From positions 107,818,001 through 107,882,000 of the forward strand of contig OZ320316.1 of the NCBI GenBank assembly GCA_976226885.1: a DNA stretch of 64,000 nt. Direction: 5' to 3'. The translations under genes and the position numbers were made by a program. Each line of letters starts with the position of its first letter. Position 1 is the first letter of the stretch. Shown piece after piece: positions 47,153-57,377 of this stretch. The notes beneath the pieces were generated by a model that saw only the letters and a list, made by a program, of their open reading frames with translations, was not told the origin of the DNA and made no database searches. The stretch comes from Iphione sp. A-MEVVRFRX5. Its lineage: Eukaryota.

Positions 47153-47992
47153 ATGGCAACTCAGTACGTGGCAGTGGATGAGGAAGTGCAAATTCGGGTT
47201 CCCAGCCCAGCACATGCGGGCGAGGAAGAGGAAGAAGGTGAGAAGTTTGAACTAGCCCCTGAGGAACCCCTGAAGATGAACGCCATGAAGCCTGAATGCT
47301 TCGATGGGAAGACCGTGGATTGGGACAGTTGGATAGGACAATTCACAGAGTGGGCGGACGCTTGCAAGTGGAGTGAGAACACCCGCTGTTCTGCCCTGAC
47401 GCTTTCGCTCACTGGCCCAGCGCGTATGTATTATGGAGATTTACCACCGGAGGACAAGCGGGATTATGGATCCCGTGTGACGGCGCTTGAGCGACGTTTT
47501 GGCAGGCGATGTGACCGGGTGGTGGCCATGCAGAAGCTCTCTAGCATCCGCAGGCAGAAGGACGAGGATGTCCGGGACCTGGCTGACCGGGTGAGGCGTC
47601 TGGTAAGGAGTGCCTACCCCGACGTGTCTGGGGAGACTCGGGAACTGGCCGCCGTGGCTGCCTTTCAGCGATCGTTGGTCGACTCCCTCCACCTCAAATG
47701 CCTGGAGGCGAAGTGTACCACGTTGGACGCGGCAGTACAGGTAGTGGAGACTCAGGAACGATTCGTCACTAAGAGGGTACAGGTGGTACAGGCCCCGTCA
47801 ACCCCAGCGTGGACAAAGCCTATGGAAGAGCTCACTAAGGAACTTGCCAAGATCCGAGAGGAGATGCAAGCTCGAGAGGAAGCAAGGAACAAGAGGCCGC
47901 GCTACACTAAATGTTTCCAATGTGGACAAGAGGGCCATTTCCGGCGTGATTGCCCTGAGTTACAGGGAAACGGACCTCAGTCGACCAATTAG
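47153..47992 (+). CDS. gag: gag of gypsy 2
   Basis: ATG in AAGATGG context. Contains FDGKTVDW…QFTEWA, RQKDEDV and the knuckle CFQCGQEGHFRRDC. Confidence 0.93.
   Translation: MATQYVAVDEEVQIRVPSPAHAGEEEEEGEKFELAPEEPLKMNAMKPECFDGKTVDWDSWIGQFTEWADACKWSENTRCSALTLSLTGPARMYYGDLPPEDKRDYGSRVTALERRFGRRCDRVVAMQKLSSIRRQKDEDVRDLADRVRRLVRSAYPDVSGETRELAAVAAFQRSLVDSLHLKCLEAKCTTLDAAVQVVETQERFVTKRVQVVQAPSTPAWTKPMEELTKELAKIREEMQAREEARNKRPRYTKCFQCGQEGHFRRDCPELQGNGPQSTN
47965..47971 (+). promoter_or_regulatory. -1 ribosomal frameshift heptamer G GGA AAC
   Basis: The heptamer is correctly phased in the gag frame, and pol is in the -1 frame. Confidence 0.75.
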
Positions 47993-48033
47993 GCCAGGAT
48001 GGTACGACTGGGATAGCTTTAACGGGGACTACA

Positions 48034-51000
48034 ATGGAACCAGGTCAGGGACCACGACTGAAGGTAAGCCTTGATGGAAGATCGTTAGAACTGTTGATCG
48101 ATACTGATGCCGAGGTATCCATTGTTAACCCCCGTGTGGTCCCTGGCCTGGAGGAGAGGGGTTCACTGACGTGTATCACTGGGGCGGGAGGGCATGTTAT
48201 CCCTACTTTGGGACACCGCACCTGCAAATTAGAAATAACGGGCAAGAGTTTTCAACACCATTTCCTAGTGGCCGAAGTAGAAGAAGATGGCATCCTAGGT
48301 AGTGACTTTCTGTGCCAACATAGGGCGGTGATTGATTTAGCCAAACAAGAGATAGCCCTGAAAAATGGCGTCCCTAGATGCCGCCGGGTGGTGAAACGGG
48401 AGGTGGAGATCCGAGTGGCTCATGATGTGACTCTGCCACCTGGGGAGGGGGTTGCTGTGCTAGTGAACTACAATGGGGGGGCACCCCTGATGATTGAAGG
48501 GCTGCTGGATTCACAGTGGAATAACGGGGTGATTGGAATGAGATGCCTGGTAGAAGCCACCCTGCCCATGTGGAACACGACCGAATTGGAAATATTCCTG
48601 AAACAGGGAACCCAGGTGGCCGTGGGGGTCCCCGCCCGTCCCTGGGACGAAACGTCAGTGACTCCCCAGAAGAGTGTGTGTGCCATAAGAAGGGCAGTGG
48701 CTGACGTGATACAGGAGTTGGTGGGGTCCACCACGAAGACCCTTACCCCGGACCAGCAGGGACGTTTGAGGTGGTTGCTCAGGAAACACAGTCTTGCCTT
48801 TGCCCGGGACCGGGGTGACCTAGGGTGCACAGATGTAGTACAACATCGCATCTACACCGAAGATCCACACCCTATCAAGCAGCCTCCGCGGCGCATGTCC
48901 TCGCAAAAAGACAAGAGGAATGGAAACTGGTGAATGAAATGAAAAACCAGGGAGTGATTGTCGAGAGTAACAGCCCGTGGTCCAGCCCGGTAGTGATGGT
49001 CAGAAAAAAGGATGGGACGACTCGGTTCTGCGTCGACTATAGGAAGCTAAACGAGAAGACGAGGGTTGATGCCTACCCACTACCAAGGATCGACGACTCA
49101 TTGAGTACCTTGTCGGGGGCTAAATATTTCTGCTCCCTGGACTTGGCATCCGGATACTGGCAGGTCCAAATGCACCCAGAAGATCGGGAAAAGACGGCAT
49201 TCTCCACGTCCATAGGGCTATACGAGTTTACCGTCATGCCATTTGGGTTGATCAATGCACCAGCAACGTTCGAGCGCCTGATGGACACAGTGTTACGTGG
49301 CTTGACATGGGAACAATGCCTAGTGTACCTAGATGATATACTGGTGTTCGGAAGGACCTTCCAGGAAACCCTGGCCCGCTTGGATCGGGTGTTGACACGG
49401 CTCTCGGCGGCAGGACTGAAGCTGAAACCGTCAAAATGTCAGCTGTTCCTGCAAGAAATAGGTTTCTTAGGACATATCGTTTCACCTAAAGGGGTGGCTA
49501 CGGATCCCAGCAAGACGAAGAACATTGAGGAATGGCCAACTCCAACCTGCACGACAGAGGTACGTGCCTTTCTAGGCCTCTGTTCGTATTACCGGCGTTA
49601 CGTGCCACACTTTGCGAATGTGGCAGCCCCTCTGAACCAGCTAACCAGTGCCAAGACGCCTTTCACATGGGGGAAGTCGGAAGAAAAGGCTTTTCAGGAG
49701 CTGAAGTCAGCCCTCGCTACCAGCCCGATCCTGGGGTACCCACGACCTGAAGGACGCTATTTCCTAGACACGGATGCCAGCAATGTGGGGTTGGGGGCCG
49801 TGCTCGCCCAATGGCAGGAGGGACGAGAGGTGGTACTGGCGTACTATAGCCGCAGTCTGAGCGAACCTGAGCGGCGGTATTGTGTGATGCGTAGGGAGCT
49901 GCTCGCGGTGGTAGCGGCCCTGAAACATTTCCACTTCTACCTGTATGGACAAGAAGTCACTGTGCGTACTGATAACGGAGCTGTAAGCTGGCTTCGTCGG
50001 ATCAAGGATCCGGAGGGGCAACTGGCACGCTGGCTGGAACGGGTAGGGCAGTACAATATTCACTTGGAGCACCGAGCTGGCCGATTGAATGCCAATGCGG
50101 ATGCCCTCTCCCGCCAACCCTGTCGGCAGTGTAAACAGGAACACCTACTTGAAGAGGGGGTAACCCAGAAGGTGAGGGCGGTAACCCGCAGCCAGGCAGT
50201 GGGGACCCAACATCCAGAACTGAGAACGGCTCAACTCCAGGACGAGTGTGTAGGGCCGATCCTTAAAGCCCTGGAACTGGACCCTCAACAACCCCCCTGG
50301 GAGTGGGTGGCCCCATTGTCAGCTGCGACTAAGAGCCTCTGGAGACAGTGGAGCCGACTCACCTTGACGGATGGTCTTCTGCAGCGTAGATGGACTGGCC
50401 TCGGAGGGGACCCCTCTCGGCTGCAGGTGGTCCTACCAGCCGTACTCCGTGAAAAGGCCTTCAAGGAAGTACACGCGGGGCAAACCGGGGCGCACCTGGC
50501 CGCCGAGCGAACCACTTACCTGGTATCGTTGGCTTACTATTGGCCAGGGATGAGAGAAGACACCGCAACCTGGTGCAAGAGCTGCCACTGCGCCCTGTTG
50601 AACCAGAACCCACTTCGTCCCCAAGTGCCACTCAAACCTTATTTGTCAGGGGAGCCTATGGAGCGATGGTCCATGGATGTGGCGGGGCCTCTGCCGTTGA
50701 CTGAACGAGGGAACCGCTATATCTTAATGGTGGGCGACCACTTCACCAAGTGGCTTGAGGCATTCCCGCTACCAGACCAAAAGGCTCCTCAGGTTGCTCG
50801 GATTTTGGCGGAAGAGGTAATCGCCCGTTATGGCTGCTTCCATGAACTACACAGCGACCAAGGAACTAACTTCTGCAGCGAGATCATCACAGCCCTCTGC
50901 GACTACCTTGACATTAAGAAGACCAGAACCACCCCCCGCCATCCACAGAGCGACGGTTTCATCGAACGAAGTTTTCGCACACTTGGAAAAATGATCAAGG

Positions 51001-51593
51001 CACACTGCTTTGAGAGTCGGGATGAGTGGGACACCGCACTTCCTTTTCTGATGATGGCTTACCACGCCTCACCCCAGGCTAGCACTGGTTACACTCCGAA
51101 TTACCTCATGTTCGGACGGGAGATAACCCTTCCAGTGCATGCGGTGGATGGTCTCCCTCAAAAGACTCCTACTACGGAGGACTTACCTGATCCCGTGGGA
51201 GGAATGGTTCGGCGTCTCCAAGCAGCGTACAGTAGAGTCCGGGAGAAGTTGGGCACGGCGGCCCGAGCCCAGGCCCGGGCGTACGATCGGAGGGTGAGGG
51301 GGGACGCCTTGGAGGCAGGGGCGGCGGTATGGCTCCATGAAGCCCAACCCCCAAAAGGAAAGAGCCCCAAAACCCATTTCTCTTGGTCGGGGCCGTGGCT
51401 AGTCATACGGGCCCTGGATGATGAGCGAATGGTGGTACAACGCTCGAAACAGGCAAGGCCGAAAGTCGTACATAGGAACCGTTTACGGCTGTACCGGGGG
51501 GATCAATTACCCCGGTGGATCGTCTCCTGGCGCAGGAAAAGCGAGGGCCCCGCCCCCCCCGCGAGGGGTGAGACCTCTTCCCGGAAGGCCTAA
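48034..51593 (+). pseudogene. pol: pol of gypsy 2 (PR-RT-RH-IN); 1-nt frameshift near 48900 and protease motif DTD
   Basis: Contains LLIDTDAEVSIV, RFCVDYRKLN, YLDD, LDTDAS, HHCC-like region, SDQGTNF…DGFIER and WSGPW. Confidence 0.95.
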
Positions 51594-52415
51594 TAAGGAG
51601 ATGGGGGGCGAGAAAGCCCGCTGGGACCCAGCGTCCCGCAGACTCGGAAAGAATGAAGAGTCGGGAAGTAGGATGATAAACGTCCTGGCGATGCTCGAAA
51701 ATGTTCATGTAGGGTGACGGCCGCCCGGAGCCGAAAGGGCTCAGAATGGCCGCTATGGGTGCGACAGGCGACCCGGAAGCCATCGGCTCGAAACGACCTG
51801 TGAAGAGGGGAGGCCCCCTGGTAGCACTCGAAAAGTCCGTGGGGCAAAAAGGGAACGCCCGGAAGCACATTGCGCACTCGAAATTCCCTGGAGGAGGATG
51901 GACATCCTGGGGTTTTGACCCGGCCCAGAAAGTCCAGGTAGGAGGACGGACCTCCTGGAGATGCACGAAAGGCCTGAGGAGGGAGGATGAACACCCTGGA
52001 GCACGCGAAACATTTATGAAGCGGGTAGGGAGTGAACGTCCCGGAGACGGCGGAGCTCGAAACGATTCGGTACGGATTGGCGGATGGGAGACGGTGAGAC
52101 CCCAAATAGGACAGGGTTACTTTACCCAAGATGCTGTCCTTGTCCTCTCGACGAAGGGGGGTAGTTACACGGCCAAGATGCGGTCCACTTTCCTCTGGAG
52201 GGGCCCAGTTGCGGTCCGTTTCCTCTAGTAGACCGGTCGAGGGGAAGCAGAGGCTGCCTTTAGACACCTTTAAGAGAGAGAAAGACTTAAGAACCTTACA
52301 GAAAGGAAAACCACAGGGAGACGACTAACAGGTAACTGAAATTTATTTAACAACTCTTAATGCTGCAACAGGATCTATTTACATATTCACAATATTTACA
52401 TATTTAGTTGGACAG

Positions 52416-53286
52416 TTAGTCGGACAGCACGATCGGGAAGGACGCGCAGTCCCCCCGGCAGAGGCCTGGGTAACATTGGCAGAGGATGTCAGTTGGCATT
52501 TCCTCCAGCAGGGCCCGATCTAGTAGGGGGGTCCCCCTGTCGGGAGTGTCATTGATGGATGTGGTGCTGGAGGAGGAGGGAGAAGCCGGAAACCACGGCG
52601 GAGAGTCCAACGACAAGGAAGGGGAAGGAGGAGCAGACGGCAGCGGCGAGAACAGGTCGCTTAGGTCCTGGTCCGACCCCCAAGGGTCGAGACGGCTGGA
52701 CGTCAGCGTCGAGGCAGTCCCGTCTGTGCCCGCGTAGCTGTCGGTGGAGGAGAGAGAGGCACGATCATCTATGCCTAGGGCCCAGGCTGGGATATCACGA
52801 GGGGCCGAAGGACTGCAGTCGGCCCATGGAACGGCGGGAGAGGTGGCCAGACTAGTGTAGCTCGAATCCGGAGTGAGAGACGCTAGTGTCTCCTCCACGT
52901 CCCGAAGCCCCAAGTCAGGGGAGACGGCCTCATTCCGATCGACACACCACCATGGATCGTGTATGGTGGGAAGAGGCGGCTCTGACGGTCCCGCAGGATG
53001 GACCACCACGTCCAGAACGTGATCCGGGCCGAAGAGGCGGACATAGCCAGGCGACGCGATGTACAGCGGCGTGTCCAAGACGTTGTAGAGACCGTACACG
53101 CGTAAAGAGGGCCCTGGGGTGGTGACGTCTATGTGCCTATAGTACGCATCAGGAACGGCGTACCTGCAAAACCAAGAGGCACAGGTAAAAGAAAACGGCG
53201 TACCTGCAAAACCAAGAGGCACAGGTAAAAGGAAAAAAATTTGTGCCCACGGTGCACATCAGGAATGGCATCCACAGCACAGTACA

Positions 53287-53322
<36 letters not shown>

Positions 53323-53356
53323 TTACACCACTCAAGGACACTTACCTTCTAACCAT
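52416..53356 (-). CDS. Spliced antisense accessory gene of gypsy 2 (about 252 aa, acidic and Ser/Pro-rich)
   Basis: ATG at 53356, donor AG|GTAAGT at 53346/53345 and acceptor TTTTGCAG|G at 53164/53163 join in frame to the open frame ending at 52416. Minus-strand AATAAA at about 52342-52347. Confidence 0.6.
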
Positions 53357-53677
53357 CTGGATGGCAGCAAGGAGGACACACAGGCTGGAGATGAAGGGAT
53401 GCTTCACCCACCAGAGTCTGACCTTAACCTATGAAGAGAAAAGTTGAACAGAACCCTAACAACAACAAACTGAATTCCAGAACCATAAAATACAAAATGA
53501 CTGAAGCTGGAGACAATAGGGAACTTACTGGTTCTCAGTGGGAGGATAGGCCATGAGCCAGCTGGGTAGGTGATAGCTGCCACTTTCCATGATGTGGATG
53601 CTTTGAAGTCAGTTGAGGAACTAACGCCGAGGCCCGGATAGCGAGGGCTCTTATAACCACACGAAGCGCGAAAGCGA

Positions 53678-54171
53678 CTGTGGCGCCACAGGCAAGAGAG
53701 GGGAACCGAACTACGCAGTACGCCGAGCGGCTGTGGCCCCACAGGCACATATTGCCGAAAGTCTGTTGGCTGCTAAAATCCGACGAAAATTTGCGGAAAC
53801 GGCTTGAAAGGTTCCCACTTCGTAAAGAAAAGCATTAAATTCCACCCTGTGGCCCCACAGCGATAGAAAAGAAAAAAAACAGTGACTGCGGAACCGCAGC
53901 CAAACGTAAACTTCCGCCCAGCTTCAAAATAAGGCTCTTCAGCTCGGGAGTGCGGGAGAAAGAGAGGAGGATATGAAGCTGGACCTTCTGGGCCAGTAAG
54001 AACAACGACCAGGGCAAAGAAGTCGAAGGGAACCGCACCGCAGAAGCTTCGACGCTAGCTCGACGGCTGTGGTGCCACAGGGAGTGGAGGACGCATACAA
54101 GGTGAATAAACTGACTGCGGACCCACAGCTGTACCGAGTGGAGGGCATCAGAAACGCTTGTGGTTCCGCAG
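53678..54171. promoter_or_regulatory. Cluster of palindromic CTGYGGNNCCRCAG sites between the divergent accessory genes
   Basis: Perfect copies at 53678, 53731, 53847, 53886, 54067 and 54115, and a near-perfect copy at 54158. Minus-strand TTATAA at 53651-53656. Confidence 0.8.
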
Positions 54172-54187
54172 CCGCCGAGCGCCGACA

Positions 54188-55558
54188 ATGCCGCGCAAGA
54201 AGGTAAGTGGCAAACGGTGGCCCAGTAAGCTGACACCAGACTTACAGCTTACCCCAGAGGCCAAGATCTGTACCAGGTGTGTTGTACCACGTCCATTCAA
54301 GAATCAGGATTCATATGATCGTCATGTACATGATAAGCATGAGGGGGGGCGGGGCCGTGATATCATGTGCCTTTGGTGTTCGGTGGTGATAAACGATGAA
54401 CACTACTGGGTTACCCACCAGCGACGCTACCACCCCTGGGCCGTGGACTTCGGTTTAACCGAGAAACCTTACCGATGTCTCTACGATGTGGCGAGTGGGG
54501 GGCCTCGGATCGTCGCTGCCCCAGATGACGAACTGACCACTATTCTTATGCGTGCCCGCCGGGCCCGAGAGGAGGGATGGGTGCTTACTCAGCAAGATGT
54601 GGAGCACATGTTGGCCGAGTGCCCGCAACGGGCGAACCCCCCGCCACTGCCCCGTCAGTGCAGGATCGGGGGCCCCGTTGGGGAGGGGTCGGGGGCTGCC
54701 TCCTCCGCACAGGCGGCACCGGTTTCCCCACCCTGTGAGGCCCCCGCCGTGGAACCGGCGATTGGAGAGGTTGCGGCAACACCTGAGGAACGACGGCCGG
54801 CCACTCCTGGGTCCGACACGGCCTGTACGCCATCGCGGGTGCCAACTCAAGGGAAAGCCTGGCCCGCTGGCATCCGAGACGAGCCTTCACTCCTGGGGGA
54901 GGGCCATCTGGCCCGGCTGGCCGCCTATACCCTGTGGCCGCGGCGGCGACCGCATGTGACCGGACGCGTGCAGGACAGCCTCTCTGGCCTCTTCCCTCCA
55001 CATGTGGCCACTATGCGGAGCCAACTCGTGCCAGGCCCGGTCCGTCTACCACCTGTCATCACCTGGCCTCCCCCGCACTGGGACACACTCTCTCCGGTCC
55101 AGCGGTTGATGACATCATTATCTTTGGCCTGGGTGCTCCAGTTAGCGGAAGGAGGTGGGCCACTCCCCCCTACTGTGTTGGAACCACTGCGACAGAGGCC
55201 CGCCCTTCTCCTGCCCGGGATGGCACTCCCTCAGCCGCAGGACTGGGGAAACGTAGACGATATACTCGCCCGGAACAATCATACCGTTACTGTCGCAGAA
55301 AACCTCATTAAGGATCTCCAGAGGGAGGGAGGACAAGATAGGGGCCCTAGGGCCACCAACGCAGTTCGGTGGTTACGTGAAAGAGACGACGCGCGGATGC
55401 AGCAGGACCAGCAGTCCCCTACCCTGTATGACGTCTGTCATCATTCAGCCCCCAGGCAACTGTTGCTGGGGACACAAGAAGTGTGGAGACGCTGCCTCAA
55501 GGGGGCGGATGGCCGACCGCACCCTGCAGCGGAGAAAGGGAGGAAGGACGGGGAGTAA
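54188..55558 (+). CDS. Accessory ORF of gypsy 2 with two C2H2-type zinc fingers (456 aa)
   Basis: Basic N-terminus PRKK…KR; fingers CTRC…FKNQDSYDRHVHDKH and CLWC…HYWVTHQRRYH; Pro/Ala-rich linker; conserved-looking C-terminal region. Confidence 0.75.
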   Translation: MPRKKVSGKRWPSKLTPDLQLTPEAKICTRCVVPRPFKNQDSYDRHVHDKHEGGRGRDIMCLWCSVVINDEHYWVTHQRRYHPWAVDFGLTEKPYRCLYDVASGGPRIVAAPDDELTTILMRARRAREEGWVLTQQDVEHMLAECPQRANPPPLPRQCRIGGPVGEGSGAASSAQAAPVSPPCEAPAVEPAIGEVAATPEERRPATPGSDTACTPSRVPTQGKAWPAGIRDEPSLLGEGHLARLAAYTLWPRRRPHVTGRVQDSLSGLFPPHVATMRSQLVPGPVRLPPVITWPPPHWDTLSPVQRLMTSLSLAWVLQLAEGGGPLPPTVLEPLRQRPALLLPGMALPQPQDWGNVDDILARNNHTVTVAENLIKDLQREGGQDRGPRATNAVRWLRERDDARMQQDQQSPTLYDVCHHSAPRQLLLGTQEVWRRCLKGADGRPHPAAEKGRKDGE

Positions 55559-56474
55559 GGTCCCGTCCAAGCCTGGAGGCTGTGCCACCGCATGTGACTA
55601 CCTCCCTTGGAGGTTTCTTTAGTCTAGCTGTTGGGGGGGGGTTCGTTAAACAAGAGTGTTACTAAAAAGTAGGAAAGGGGACCCTACCCCCCATAAAAAC
55701 CTTACTGTTTGTAATTGTTACCTGTGATGCTAAGGTTTGGAGAGTTGTGGGAAGTGACTGAAGGGGACTGTACCCCACAAAAAAAAGGAAAGGTTATACA
55801 CTCAGGTTCTCTGCCTCAGGTGAAGTATTTATAATGTTTGTTATAATGTGATGTTGATCTGTAATGATTGTTACCCATGTTACTTGCCAAATGTTACCCC
55901 CTATGGGGCCGTGGAGTGTTATCAAAGAAATGACTGGAGGGGACTGTACCCCACAAAAAAAAAAACGGGGTTCAGGTTTGTCTTATTAGAAGTTGATGAC
56001 TACATCTTTATCTCCTATGGAGACTTTACCAGATTCAGCATACATTCCAGATAATCGATTACTAAAAGGGGGGTGTTCCTGTATGTACGTGCATATTCCA
56101 GACTGTTACCGTTGATGACCAGTGAATATTGATCACTACCTCCTAGGGAGGCTTTACCAGAGTAAGCATTTACCCCAGACTGTTCCTGTATGTATGTGCA
56201 TATTCCAGACTGTTACCGTTGATGACTAGTGAGTATCGATCATTACCTCCTATGGAGGCTTTCCCAGAGTTACTAGTTGTTATCCAAGAATTGTTGAGAG
56301 TGTTATTAATGATCATCACCTCCTATGGAGGCTTTGCCAGAGTTACCAGTAGTTATCCAAGAATTGTTAGGACAACTGTTAACCTCCCTAGGGAGATTTA
56401 TGCTAGCTCAGGTTGTGCCTCCCAGGACAACCGGTTTTCACTTCCCCCGGCGGACTGTTTTAAGGTGGGGAGAG

Positions 56475-57377
56475 TGTAATGTTGTCTGTGGCACCACAGC
56501 CACTTGTACTGTACTTGGTGAACTCTAGAATTAACGCTGACTGTGGCCTCGCAGTCGTATGTAGTGGTAGACACATGTACTGTACTTGGGGAACGCTAGA
56601 ACGGACGTTGACTGTGGCACTGCAGTCGTATACAGTAGTAGATACATGTACTGTACTTGGTGAACTCTAGAATTAATGTTGACTGTGGCACCGCAGTCGT
56701 ATGTAGTAGTAGATACATGTACTGTACTTGGCGAACTCTAGAATTAATGTTGACTGTGGCACCGCAGTCGTATGTAGTAGTAGATGCATGTACTGTACTT
56801 GGTGAACTCTAGGAACGATCTCGGCTGCGGCACCACAGCCAGCCAGGGTAACTATGTCGTAGTAATTTAGAAAAATGGTCATGGCCTGTGGCACCACAGG
56901 CAAGTTGTATGGCCCTGAGCCCTGGATGCCCAGGCATCTGTAACTTCGTATCTGATTGCTCTGAGATGATTGGTAGAGAGTAAGGCACACACCACATGTT
57001 GTAACAGTTTTATTCCATGAATGATACATCGTATGGATCACATGACCAGGAGTTTGACTATAAATATGGGCCCTGTGTGGCCAATAAAACAGTTTGCACT
57101 TGGAACTCACTAGTGGACCTTGTTGATTGGGGATGTAACAAACCCACTTGGATTACCTAGGGTTGACACTTGGATGTAACTGCACTGGGACTACAGTGAA
57201 GTAACTGAGACAGGATAGCACTTATCAATAGTTGGATTCACCAAGTGGGAAATTCAACAGGGGAATTATCCTGGAGTTAGTAACTGGACATAGCCTCACT
57301 GGAATTACAGTGGAGTAACTAAGGGAGCTAGCATTTAGTTGGATTACACCAAGTGGAGGAGTTAACCAAACATTACA
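56475..57377 (+). repeat. 3' LTR of gypsy 2 (903 bp)
   Basis: Copy of 46218-47120, preceded by the PPT AAGGTGGGGAGAG (56462-56474). Confidence 0.98.

Larger units (their letters stand above)
46218..57377 (+). mobile_element. Ty3/gypsy LTR retrotransposon 2, full length (11,160 bp), young
   Basis: Two 903-bp TG…CA LTRs, a 4-bp TSD GTAC (46214-46217, 57378-57381), a PBS, a PPT, gag-pol and a 4.9-kb accessory region. Confidence 0.98.
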
